Of a DNA stretch of 55,437 nucleotides, positions 28,067 through 38,006 are shown in pieces. The DNA is from Candidatus Binatia bacterium. Its GTDB lineage: Bacteria; Desulfobacterota; Binatia; Bin18. Position numbers and translations under genes: made by a program. Every line of letters begins with the position of its first letter. Position 1 is the first letter of the stretch. The DNA lies in NCBI GenBank assembly GCA_963666315.2, contig CAXXHG010000033.1, forward strand, positions 1 to 55,437, given 5' to 3'. The notes beneath the pieces were generated by a model that saw nothing but the letters and a program-made list of their open reading frames with translations, was not told the origin of the DNA and did not search any database.

Positions 28067-28420
28067 CTAGAGTGCCGAGAGTGCGAGAACCAACCGCAAT
28101 CCTTCATCCATTTCTTGCAGCTGCTTTCCTGTAATTCTCCCAATATTTTCTGTGAGAGAGGTCTTATTAACGGTGATGAGTTGGGAGTCGTTTATCGCTG
28201 AATCCCGACTGAGGCCTGTCCCCTTTGCAGGAAGGAGAACCTTCCCTGGCGCACGTGCCAGGCGAAGATTTGACGTGATGACCACCGCAAGAACGGTCCG
28301 AATCCGACTCTGGTTAAAATCGTTTGACTGTATAATGACAAGTGGGCGACGATAACCTGGCTCCGAGCCGCTTGGCTCGGGCAGAGAGGCCCAGCAAATG
28401 TCTCCACGCTGGACTACCCT
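28067..28420 (-). pseudogene. mazF: PemK/MazF-family toxin lacking a start codon (AGG in place of ATG)
   Basis: Open frame VVQRGDICWASLPEPSGSEPGYRRPLVIIQSNDFNQSRIRTVLAVVITSNLRLA... with no start codon until 28285. Confidence 0.8.
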
Positions 28421-28653
28421 CCGTCTTGGGGTAAAGATTGGAGTTGCAGAGCCTGGGTCACCGGATCAATTGGCGTGGGCGTGTCCTCTTCATGTATCTT
28501 GTTGAGACGTTCTGTTATTCCGTCTCCTCGATGGGTTTTGAGATACATAGAAATAGCGGTCGCATACAACTGACTACGGGATATCCCAGTCTGTTTTACC
28601 AGTTGCTCCGCTACATGGAAAATCGGGTCGGGAATCGAAATGGCCGTTTTCAT
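28414..28653 (-). CDS. RHH-type antitoxin (ChpI/MazE-like)
   Basis: MKTAISIPDPIF..GISRSQLYATAI..ITERLNKIH; overlaps the toxin 5' end. Confidence 0.85.
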   Translation of the reverse strand: MKTAISIPDPIFHVAEQLVKQTGISRSQLYATAISMYLKTHRGDGITERLNKIHEEDTPTPIDPVTQALQLQSLPQDGG

Positions 28654-28660
28654 AGTTATT

Positions 28661-28688
28661 AGTATAACTCCGGTTATACCCCGGTCAA
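28661..28688 (-). promoter_or_regulatory. TA promoter with palindromic operator
   Basis: TTGACC-N16-TATACT ending 7 nt before the ATG; perfect palindrome gtataac-tccg-gttatac (28662-28679). Confidence 0.7.
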
Positions 28689-28724
28689 CAATGACGTTCC
28701 TTTAAGCAGGTGAGGCTTAGCTTT

Positions 28725-29585
28725 TCAATCCAAAACTGTGCCGCGCTGATAGTCTTCAACCGCGCGTATAATCTCCTCTTTGGTGTTCATGACAAACGGT
28801 CCATACCGGGCGACGGGCTCATTCAGGGGCCTGCCAGCAAGAATGAGAAAGCGCACTGGCAAGTCGGCCGTGTCAACATGGATGACATCTCCATCAGATA
28901 AGACGGCTAAGGTGCGTCCTCCGACGGCTTGGCTGGCGGGTCCTTTTTGGCCGCCGAAACAGGCTGCACCTTCGAAGACATCACAGCAAGCCGTATGGCC
29001 TGGCGTGACAGGCTGTTCAAAAGTTGAGTGCGCGGGAACCGCAACGTCGAGGTAGATGGGATCGATGGCAATGCCGCTGACGGCTCCGCGAACGCCCTGG
29101 CACTCACCAGCGAGTACGCGAATCGTTATTCCATCTTCGCGCTCGATTTTGGGCACGTCTTTCGGATGCAGGTCTTGGTAGCGCGGTGGTGTCATTTTGT
29201 CTTTAGCTGGCAGATTGACCCACAGCTGGAAACCCCACAGTAGTCCGTTCTCTTGCTTGGGCGTTTCGGAGTGAATAATGCCTCGGCCTGCGGTCATCCA
29301 CTGAATGCTGCCTGGGCCAAGATTGACTTCATTGCCTTTATGATCTTTGTGTTGCATGACACCAGCCAGCATATACGTCACGGTTTCAAAGCCGCGGTGC
29401 GGATGGTCAGGAAAACCGGCGATATAATCCGACCGCTCGTCAGATTTAAACTCGTCCAGCAATAAGAATGGGTCGAGGTAGTCCAAGGCTGGAGAGCCCA
29501 GACTGCGGCTCAATCGTACACCAGCGCTGTCGGAAGTGGCTTGAGCTTTGACTGTTTTCACGACAGTCCGTATGCGTTGATTCAT
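28725..29585 (-). CDS. Pirin-family protein
   Basis: DPFLLLDEF, GFPDHPHRGFETVTY, WMTAGRGIIHSE, YGPFVMNT. Confidence 0.95.
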   Translation of the reverse strand: MNQRIRTVVKTVKAQATSDSAGVRLSRSLGSPALDYLDPFLLLDEFKSDERSDYIAGFPDHPHRGFETVTYMLAGVMQHKDHKGNEVNLGPGSIQWMTAGRGIIHSETPKQENGLLWGFQLWVNLPAKDKMTPPRYQDLHPKDVPKIEREDGITIRVLAGECQGVRGAVSGIAIDPIYLDVAVPAHSTFEQPVTPGHTACCDVFEGAACFGGQKGPASQAVGGRTLAVLSDGDVIHVDTADLPVRFLILAGRPLNEPVARYGPFVMNTKEEIIRAVEDYQRGTVLD

Positions 29586-29599
29586 GTCGTTTTCCCTTA

Positions 29600-29761
29600 G
29601 GGTGTGTCTAATAAGTGTCTCTGCGGCCAAAGCCCGAGCGAAAGCAGCATGACCAAGGCGCCCGAAGCAGCTATATCCGCTGTGATATGGCGATGCAGGG
29701 CAACGCTGGACATGCTGCTTGCAGCCGGGCGACGCCCAGAATGTACTTTTTGGACACGCTC
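29600..29761. mobile_element. MITE-like element (162 bp) with imperfect terminal inverted repeats and TTA duplication
   Basis: Left end gggtgtgtctaataagt versus reverse-complemented right end gagcgtgtccaaaaagt; tta at 29597-29599 and 29762-29764; palindromic interior. Confidence 0.7.
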
Positions 29762-30637
29762 TTAGGGTGTGGGGGATTCAGGCAGACGGAAAATTCGGAG
29801 AGCCGTGTCTCGTAAGAGTTTCTGTTGAGATTCCGGTCTGAGCTCCAATTCATTGATTTCCTTGGTGGCGCGCTCGGGATCGATGACCGGCCAGTCGGTC
29901 CCAAACACGACTTTGTACTTGCCCCAGGTATTGATGAAGTGGACAAACGGCTCAGGCCAGTGACGCGGGGCATAGGCGTCTGAGCCGATGTAGACATTTT
30001 CGTGCTTCCAGGCGACGGAGATCATTTCTTCGGTCCACGGATAGCCGATGTGAATGCCAATCAAGACGAGTTCCGGGAAGTCAATGGCGATTTGGTCCAG
30101 TGTGATCGGACGACCGACACTCGGCAGAATGCGCTCACGCTGATAACGCAAGCAGTGGCCGACCTGCATCATGATCGGAATGTCCAGCTCGCAACACTTG
30201 GCGTAGAGAGGGTAATAGCGAGCCTGATCCGGCGGCAGCCCAAACCAGTGTGGATACAGATGCGCGCCGACAAAGCCATACTCTTTGACGGCGTGTTCGA
30301 GGTCACGCAGGCTTTGCATGCCGCGGGTTGGGTCAACGCCGGCCAGGCCGGAGAAGCGGTCAGGATATTTCTGACACATTTCCGCAACACGTTCATATGA
30401 AATCTCAAACGAACCCTTGATACGCATATCACCTGCGCGGACGGCGATGAGCAGCGAACGCTGAATGCCGGCCCGATCCATTTTCTCTAAATAGGTTTTT
30501 ATCGGAACGCCGGGCCGCAACTCCTGGGGAAACCGGACTTGATCCAAGAAATACTCGTCCACTCCAGTTTGGCCGTTTTGTACCTCTTGGGGCGTGAAAA
30601 GATTACATACAACGTCGATAGCGCCGTCGGTACTCAT
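29762..30637 (-). CDS. Amidohydrolase_2-family protein
   Basis: RFSGLAGVDP, HLYPHWF, YAKCCELDIP, GIHIGYPW, FGTDWP. Confidence 0.9.
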   Translation of the reverse strand: MSTDGAIDVVCNLFTPQEVQNGQTGVDEYFLDQVRFPQELRPGVPIKTYLEKMDRAGIQRSLLIAVRAGDMRIKGSFEISYERVAEMCQKYPDRFSGLAGVDPTRGMQSLRDLEHAVKEYGFVGAHLYPHWFGLPPDQARYYPLYAKCCELDIPIMMQVGHCLRYQRERILPSVGRPITLDQIAIDFPELVLIGIHIGYPWTEEMISVAWKHENVYIGSDAYAPRHWPEPFVHFINTWGKYKVVFGTDWPVIDPERATKEINELELRPESQQKLLRDTALRIFRLPESPTP

Positions 30638-30856
30638 AGTGTTTCCTTCTTGCTCTCTTTTGCCTTCACGATGACGTGCCGTCTTCCTTTCGTCAACGGC
30701 AGGGATGTGACATCGCAGCCGTATTGGAAAAGAGCAGCCACAGGGAGGCGCCAGTGTGGATAAAGGAGAGATTCTTGGGACGGATTTTTGGCGTTATAGA
30801 GCCGAAGGGGGCGAGCGGGAGGCGGTTAAGGGGCGGTGATGGTATGGATGCTGCTG

Positions 30857-32545
30857 TTATCTCAGCCCCGCCTCTTGCAGACGAGTCAGATGTAATTCCA
30901 AAATCGCCTGGTCTTTGTACAGCGAGCGCTCTCTGGCTACTTGGACCGAGTAATTGGGGCTGATTCGCAGGACTTCGGCCACCTCAGCCTGCGCTTCTTG
31001 TCTTTGCCCGAGCGTCGTATAGACCGCAGCGAGATAGGCGTGCGGTGCGGGTGTATCAGGATTACGAGCGATGGCGCGCGTGAAGGTGGCAATGGCCGCG
31101 TCATACTGGCCCATCAGATACTCGGCGTGCCGGATCGCAAAAATATAGTGCGCAGGGTGATGCGGATTGAGTTGCATGGCTTGTTCAACCAAGCGTCTCG
31201 TCCGAGCTGGCTGTCCCAGATAATTGAGAATCAAGCCGCATCATTTGGATCGAGACTGAGGGCACGTTGGGCTGCTGTCAGTGCTCGTTCGTGCTCTTTT
31301 TTGAACAAATACACACCAGCTAAGACACGATGAGCCAGCGGTAGACTATCGTCCGATGCCTTTACCTTTTCAGCCAGATCCGCAGCTCGGTCCAAAGTCG
31401 CGTCATCTTCACTCCATTGCAGATCCCACTCAATTATATAGGTGGCGCTGAGAGAGGCATAGGCTGCGGCGAAGTGTGGATCTAGACTGATAGCTTTTTC
31501 GTATAATTAAGCGTCTCAGCCAGGCGCTCGGGAGTGAGGGAAGAGAAGTTGGCATCCGCGCGCAGACAATAATCGTAGGCTTCCAGATTATCGGTGTATT
31601 TGCGCTCCAGCCGGGCTTGTTCTCCACTTGTGAGTTTGACGGCGAGAGCGGCAACAATTTGCTCGGTGACTTCATCTTGCAGGGCGAAGATATCGTCTAA
31701 GTTACGGTCATATCGTTCGGCCCATAGGTGGTAGCCGGTTGACGCGTCAATGAGCTGAGCTGTGACGCGGACGCGCTTATTGGCTTTTCGCATACTGCCT
31801 TTGAGCAGATAGCGCACGCCTAGGTCGCGGCTGACGTCTTTTGGTTTGACGGCTTTGCCTTTGTATTGAAAGACCGAGTTACGAGAAATCACGAGAAGAC
31901 CGGACAGCTTGGAGAGTGCAGTCAGCAAGTCTTCGGTGATCCCGTCGCTGAAATACTCCTGCTCGTCGCCGCCGCTCATATTGAGGAAGGGCAAGACGGC
32001 AATCGAGGGTTTGTCCTGAGGGGCGGAACCACACGATACACACGTATGGGCTTGGAAATATTCTTGACTGTTTTCTCGCCAAGGTATTCGTAGCCGAGCG
32101 GAAGCTTATTTTCGACTTGGTCATAGACCGTGCCTGAGATGCAGATGCCACCACCGTCGGCAAGACCTTCGAGTCGGGCCGCAATATTGACCCCATCGCC
32201 GTATAGGCGCTCCCCCTCGACGACCACATCGCCGACATTGATGCCGATCCTGAAAGCCATCGGACGCTTGACCGGCAACTCGGCATTCTGTGTTTGCAGC
32301 TCCTGATGAATCGCGACCGCGCACTGCACGCCATCCAGGGCGCTCGTAAATTCAGCCAGAAGATTATCCCCTGGTGTATCGATGACCTTGCCGCGATACT
32401 GCTGAATGGGGGTCGTCATAAGCGTGCGGTAGGCGGTCAGGGTGCGGATTGTGGCGATCTCATCGTCACCCATCAAGCGACTATACCCTTGGACATCAGC
32501 GCTCAGCAGCGCGACGAGCTTGCGGGTGACGTTGTGTGGATCCAT
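30857..32545 (-). pseudogene. Class III adenylate/guanylate cyclase - TolB-like - TPR protein, multiply frameshifted
   Basis: RKLVALLSADVQGYSRLM, GDGVNIAARLE; DKPSIAVLPF..YFSDGITEDL; TPR motifs (KAISLDP, ALSLDPN) across four segments. Confidence 0.85.
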
Positions 32546-32667
32546 AGGGCACCAAAGGGGAGGCTCGGTATGAAATAACATTGTTTGCCTCACAGTCAGC
32601 CTAGTAGCGTTGAAGGGTGGAAAACTCCGTTTTTGAGAGAAAATACCCGGTGTTGATAGTAGCGAAT

Positions 32668-32695
32668 ATATAGCGAAAATACAGTTATGTTAAGT
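32668..32695 (+). other. Putative dif-like XerC/XerD recombination site
   Basis: ATATAGCGAAA-ATACAG-TTATGTTAAGT (11-6-11). The right arm matches the E. coli XerD arm TTATGTTAAAT at 10/11; the left arm is degenerate. Confidence 0.45.
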
Positions 32696-32955
32696 ATAAA
32701 AACAGAATTTTCTTTAACGGTAAGAAGTCCTTGGATTATAACATCTTATAGCGCAATAGAGGGGGTATAATTATCAGTAAAACCAGTCTGTTTTGAAGTG
32801 TCTGAAAAGTGGTTTATAATTGCCCGTTTTGCTTAAGGAAATGCCCCCGTCTGATTTGTTGACACGATTGTAAACCGGGATATTGTAGCATTGAGAAAAC
32901 CAAATAAATCTTACGAATTAGAAGAGGGGTAATCTCTCCGAATGTTGCGAAAGAG

Positions 32956-33969
32956 GTGCGCCGAGAGGCTATCTTTTGGTCCTCAAGTCAACGGACAAGG
33001 GCAAGCTGGGTATGCAGACTAGTGTCGCGGCGCTCTCGAGACGAGCCCAGGAGTGCGCCTCATTCGGATGTGTCATTTCGCTGGACAGGCTTGTCTCACT
33101 TTATGTTGCAAAACGGTCCACAAAAATTGTTCTCTCGGCACGAACTCGGGGACAAGGTTGTGAGTGACCTCGGTATTGATGAGCTCATTGCCGCAGAGAA
33201 GATGGTCAACCTCATCACTGAGACTAAAGCTGAGGAACACTTCCTTGCTGTCTATTATTCAAACGCGACACATCTCCCGTACCAGAGAGATAGCCCGCTG
33301 CTCTCACAGCGACCGACAACGGACCACCGCTATGACCGTGCCCTCTTTATTCTTGATCAGGCTTTTTCACGGCTTTACTCGGCCGTCCGCGCTAGCGGTC
33401 GGCTTGATGCGACCGTATTTTTCATTTCAGCGGATCATGGTCAGTTCCATGAACTACAGCGCCGACTTTCGCGTGTGTCGAGCTATTATGAAGAGATATT
33501 GCAAATACCCTTGCTCATACGGGTCCCGCCATCTTGGCTGGAACACTATCCCGAGCGCATACGGAACCTCCCAGTAAACGCGGACTGCCTCGTCTCTAAC
33601 CTCGACTTGATTCCAACAATCGTTGATAGTCTCGGGCTCCTGCAGACGGGGCAAAATCAGGGAATAGTGTCTGAGTTGGAAGGAGCTTCCTTACTACAGC
33701 CCCTCTCGTGTGACCGTGTTATCCGTGGGACGAGCCCCAATGCGGTACGTCAGTGGCCCCAAGTTGGGTTTGGGATTGCGCGCGGGGACCTCAGGTTTAT
33801 CTTTTCAACGTTAGAAGGTCCACAAGTCTTCGATCTCAGTGTAGATCCGCAGCAAAAGCAGAATATCTTAGGATCAGTGCCGCTAAAAGAGCGTCAGTTT
33901 TTTGAGGATATTATCGAGCAGACCCCGTATTTTTCAGACGTGCTCCAACATGAGCGCTCTCCTCGATGA
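32956..33969 (+). pseudogene. Sulfatase-like/alkaline-phosphatase-superfamily transferase, 5'-truncated catalytic domain
   Basis: ATHLPY, FISADHG, YEEILQIPLLI, SNLDLIPTI, FDLSVDP; no convincing N-terminus. Confidence 0.65.
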
Positions 33970-33978
33970 CGTGGCATA

Positions 33979-34614
33979 ATGCCTCTATTTTTCTTTTTGC
34001 TAGGCCTGCTTGTGTTTGGGGTCGGAGAAAGCCGGGCCACAGACCCAGTGGCGCACTATTTTCCTCTCTCAGTCGGAAACCGCTGGGTGTATGCGTTGAG
34101 CGAAGGAAGCCCGAGCGATCCTGTGACCGAGACTTGGGAAGTCATCAGGCGGCAAGAGTCCGGGTTCGTGATGCGTATTCAGCAGAGCCTGCTGGCAAAA
34201 GATGCGCCCGCTGAGTTCATAGCCGCGTTGCCGGATGGGATCGTCATGCAGCCGTATGATGAGCGGCGCAATGAGCAGCGTGACGGGTCGGCACAGCAGT
34301 TCATCCTGAAAACCCCGCTCCAACTCGGGACGACCTGGCACACCCCGGATGGCCGGTATGAAATCACTGCGTTGGATGGTTTTGCCGCGGTTCCTGCCGA
34401 TGGGTTCTCTCACTGTCTTGAGGTCACCTTTTGGAGCCGAAACGGTCAAGCTAAAGCGGTGACCCTGTATGCGCCCAGCGTGGGCATGGTGCAACGGGAT
34501 GAATCTTTCGCCATTCTGGGCGGTGTAGGTGGTGAGGATAGCCCGCGACAGGGACACGTGAGTCTGTGGTTAACGGAGTGGCAGGTGGCAGCAGAACCGA
34601 GGGGTGAAAAGTGA
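33979..34614 (+). CDS. Secreted hypothetical protein
   Basis: Signal peptide; YFPLSVGNRWVY, LKTPLQLGTTW, VPADGFSHCL, YAPSVGMV. Confidence 0.7.
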   Translation: MPLFFFLLGLLVFGVGESRATDPVAHYFPLSVGNRWVYALSEGSPSDPVTETWEVIRRQESGFVMRIQQSLLAKDAPAEFIAALPDGIVMQPYDERRNEQRDGSAQQFILKTPLQLGTTWHTPDGRYEITALDGFAAVPADGFSHCLEVTFWSRNGQAKAVTLYAPSVGMVQRDESFAILGGVGGEDSPRQGHVSLWLTEWQVAAEPRGEK

Positions 34615-34678
34615 ATCTGTAGGGGCGGGGTTCCCCCGCCCTTCTTGGACCGGGCAATTGAATCCTAGGGGAGGTACC

Positions 34679-36874
34679 TCAGGCTCGTCTGTGTCTGCGT
34701 CGATACACCGACACGAGACCGCCCATGATGAGAATAAGACCAGGCTCCACAACAATCGCGAGCAAGAACAGCTGGCGTGTCTGCTCAGCGGTCAGCACCA
34801 GGGCGGAGATTTTCGACTGGCGCGTATCCTTGGGGCGCTGGGTGATAAACTTTTCGTGCCACACCAGCCACTGGACCGTATTCAGGAAGAGATCTTTATT
34901 CCCGAGTAGAGACAGACGGGCGTTGCTGGCAAAATCGCTGTCGCCGTACACCACCAGCCGCGCCACCTGTTCAGGAGTTTGTTCATCATTTGGCGTGGGA
35001 TCGTTGCCGTCTGCATTTGTTGAATGACCCACATTAATAGTGGCTGCGACCGCCAGTGAGATCGGCCCTGGCCGGGCTTTAGTGCCTTCAAAATCCACCG
35101 CGCCCTGGGGTGATTCCGCCCCGGCGCGGAACCGAGCCCATGATCCTGGTCCGGTTCGGCAGAACGGCTCAGCTTTGAGCACAGACGCGGGCGGCGGAAT
35201 AACTGGCTCCACCGAACGGGACAGCGGAAAGATCGTACTTATTTGAAAGTTCTTCACAATTGCGACACCGGTATTATACAGCGACACCAGCGGGCTGAGG
35301 GCATCGCCGCCAAACAGCCTGTTTTGCGGATCGTATACAATGTCTTGATCGAGCAGGACCCCGTATCGGGCGAGAAAGTCAGCCAGGTTTGGGACAGGCA
35401 GGGGATCAAGCATGAAGAGCAGGCTGCCGCCATGTGTCAGATAGGTCGAAAGCCGGTCGAGTTCGTCCGCTAAGAGGTCAGTCTGGGGTCCACTCACAAC
35501 AACCAAGGCGGCATCTTCAGGGACGCGTTCAGCCAGGGCCAATAAAAAGGATTTGATGACAAAGTTCTCGTTGCGCAGGGCCGAGGCCGCCTCGCTATAG
35601 CCGAGCTGTGGCTGACCACTGCGCGGATCTTTCTCTCCGTGGCCGCCCACAAAGTAGATGGTTTTTTTCTCCTCACGCAGAAACTGGAAAAGCGCATTGG
35701 TAATGATATTCTCGCTCGCACCCGACAAAAGTTTACGCTGTCCGTCGTATTCGAGCACGGCTGTTCCGTAGTGGGTTGCCCCATATTCCCGGGCAAGGCC
35801 CAAATTCCGGTCTCGGTGCAGGATGCGATACTGGAAGTGCACGTTAGCGGCAGTAAAGCGTTTCAGCACATCCTCATAGCGTTGATAGTTGTCCGGAGAT
35901 CCTCCGAAAAACAACGTGAGTAAAGCATCTTTTTTGAGATCAGTCAGGAGGTCTTGGGTCTGCTGGGATAAGGACATGGCCTGAGTTGGCGTTAAGTCCC
36001 AGCGGATATTGTTGCGGATCGAGAGCGTTTGCAGACCAATGAGGCCGATGAGAAGACCCACATCAAGGATGACAACCGTAATCCACTGGCGGCGACTTGG
36101 TGTCGAGAGGAATGCCTTGAGCGAGGAAAACTCGCCCTTGCCACGCCAACGCCGTGAGCGGAGCGCTTGCCATGTCAACAACAAAAAGAAGGAGAAGAAG
36201 AAGAAAAAGAACGAGATCTCTTGGGTATCAATAGCGCCGCGGGCAAAATTGTAAAAGCGGTCAAATAAAGAGATTTGGAGCAAGGTTTGGAGCCAGGTGT
36301 CACTCACCGCCTGCTCATTCCACGTCAGCGACCAAAAGAGGACGAGTACGCCCAGCGTGGCCATGGCGGCCACTGCTTGGCTGTCAGTCAGGGACGATAA
36401 AAGCAGCCCCACACTGATAAAAGCCAAGCCGATGAGAAAGAGGCCCATATAGCCGGGCAGCAAAGCGAGCCAGTTTACGTCTGGATACCACCACGAAAGT
36501 ACGAAGGGATAGATCAGGGTCAGGACCAGGACAACCAATAGGAGGGTCGCCGCGGCAAAAAATTTCCCCAGTAAGACGCTGCTTTCCGGGATCGGGTAGG
36601 TCCATAAGAGATCAAGCGTGCCGAGTTTCTTTTCTTCGGCAAATGAGCGCGCGGTGATTGCCGGGATCAGGAGGAGAAGCACATAGCGCAGGTCGTGAAA
36701 AAAGAACTCCCATAGGCCACGCTCCAGATTTTGTCCACCCCACATCATGAAGAAGCTGATGTCGGTGTAGAAAAAGAAACCGCATAGAGCGAGGGCGACG
36801 GCAACAATGGCATACGCCAAGAAGAGGCCGAAGTAGGAGTGAAGTTCTTTGCTGAAAACTGCTCGGAGGACCAT
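34679..36874 (-). CDS. Gld-type ABC exporter permease-auxiliary fusion (GldF+GldG-like)
   Basis: N-terminal ABC-2 permease (AEEKKLGTLDLLWTYP), then RWDLT, IYFVGGHGEK, VVYGDSDFASN, NKDLFLN and a C-terminal TM. Confidence 0.88.
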   Translation of the reverse strand: MVLRAVFSKELHSYFGLFLAYAIVAVALALCGFFFYTDISFFMMWGGQNLERGLWEFFFHDLRYVLLLLIPAITARSFAEEKKLGTLDLLWTYPIPESSVLLGKFFAAATLLLVVLVLTLIYPFVLSWWYPDVNWLALLPGYMGLFLIGLAFISVGLLLSSLTDSQAVAAMATLGVLVLFWSLTWNEQAVSDTWLQTLLQISLFDRFYNFARGAIDTQEISFFFFFFSFFLLLTWQALRSRRWRGKGEFSSLKAFLSTPSRRQWITVVILDVGLLIGLIGLQTLSIRNNIRWDLTPTQAMSLSQQTQDLLTDLKKDALLTLFFGGSPDNYQRYEDVLKRFTAANVHFQYRILHRDRNLGLAREYGATHYGTAVLEYDGQRKLLSGASENIITNALFQFLREEKKTIYFVGGHGEKDPRSGQPQLGYSEAASALRNENFVIKSFLLALAERVPEDAALVVVSGPQTDLLADELDRLSTYLTHGGSLLFMLDPLPVPNLADFLARYGVLLDQDIVYDPQNRLFGGDALSPLVSLYNTGVAIVKNFQISTIFPLSRSVEPVIPPPASVLKAEPFCRTGPGSWARFRAGAESPQGAVDFEGTKARPGPISLAVAATINVGHSTNADGNDPTPNDEQTPEQVARLVVYGDSDFASNARLSLLGNKDLFLNTVQWLVWHEKFITQRPKDTRQSKISALVLTAEQTRQLFLLAIVVEPGLILIMGGLVSVYRRRHRRA

Positions 36875-36882
36875 AGCGAGAT

Positions 36883-37848
36883 TTATGCGTTTCGGTCGTT
36901 GCTGGCTACGGCTAGCCGCTGATCAACGACGCGGTGAAAGATTTCTTCAAGGTCCATCTCGCGGGACCGGAGTTCAAACAAACGCCAGCCACGACTGGTC
37001 ACGGCTTCAACAACAGCGGGCCGAACATCCTGCTGTTGGTCTGCGCGAATAGTATAGGATGCGGGGCCGCCGTTCTCTTGTGGTTCGACCTGAATCTCTC
37101 GCACCCCAGGCAAACCGCGCAGGAGTGTTTCGACCTCAGCTTGAGGGCCGTCGATCTGGGCGACAACCTCGCTTGCGTCGCGCAGGCGCAGGGTCAGATT
37201 GCCCGGCGTATCCAGCGCTAAGAGCTGGCCGCGGGCGATAATCATAACGCGATCACACGTCATCCGGACCTCGGGCAGAATATGGGTGGACAGCAGCACG
37301 GTCCGATTGCCCTGCATGCCACGAATCAATTGGCGGAATTCGGCCGCTTGCTCTGGGTCAAGGCCGATTGTGGGCTCATCCAGAATCAACACGCTGGGAT
37401 TATGCAGCAGGGCCTGGGCCAGACCCACGCGCTGCCGATAGCCTTTGGACAGCGTTCCGATATACACCTGAATGACCGCCCCCAGGTCGAGTTCTTCAAT
37501 AACCTGGGCCACGCGGGCACGCCGTTCCAGTCTACCGATGCCTTTCATCTTCCCCACAAAATCGAGATAGGCGCTGACCTCCATCTCAGGGTAGAGCGAA
37601 ATATTCTCCGGCATATACCCCAGCTGGCGGCGCACTGCGAAGGAAGCGCTCAGTACATTGTGTTCTGCAACCGTAGCCGTGCCTGAAGTAGGCGAGAGGA
37701 TGCAGGCCAGAATGCGCATGGTGGTTGATTTGCCTGCGCCGTTCGGGCCCAGAAGGCCAACGATCTCGCCATGCTTGACGGAAAAACTGACATCTGAGAG
37801 TGCACGGAAGGTGCCGTATAGTTTGGTGAGACCTAAGGCTTCGATCAT
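36883..37848 (-). CDS. ABC transporter ATP-binding protein (GldA-like)
   Basis: GPNGAGKST, LSKGYRQRVGLAQA, ILDEPT. Confidence 0.93.
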   Translation of the reverse strand: MIEALGLTKLYGTFRALSDVSFSVKHGEIVGLLGPNGAGKSTTMRILACILSPTSGTATVAEHNVLSASFAVRRQLGYMPENISLYPEMEVSAYLDFVGKMKGIGRLERRARVAQVIEELDLGAVIQVYIGTLSKGYRQRVGLAQALLHNPSVLILDEPTIGLDPEQAAEFRQLIRGMQGNRTVLLSTHILPEVRMTCDRVMIIARGQLLALDTPGNLTLRLRDASEVVAQIDGPQAEVETLLRGLPGVREIQVEPQENGGPASYTIRADQQQDVRPAVVEAVTSRGWRLFELRSREMDLEEIFHRVVDQRLAVASNDRNA

Positions 37849-38006
37849 GCTGAGTATTTCATTCCGAGCGCAGGCGAATAGTATCGTGTTGAACTCTCTG
37901 GAATCAACTCCCTCACGATATCCTCCCTTAGAAGAGATTCAGATTTGCACAAGATCAAGGGGGGCAGAGCTAGATAGAGAGAAAAAAGGTCCTAAAAAGG
38001 GGGAAC

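Noticed and set aside
28192-28407. Frameshifted N-terminal half of the toxin
   Set aside because: The MazF N-terminus is in frame with 28067..28285; the defect is the start codon, not a frameshift.
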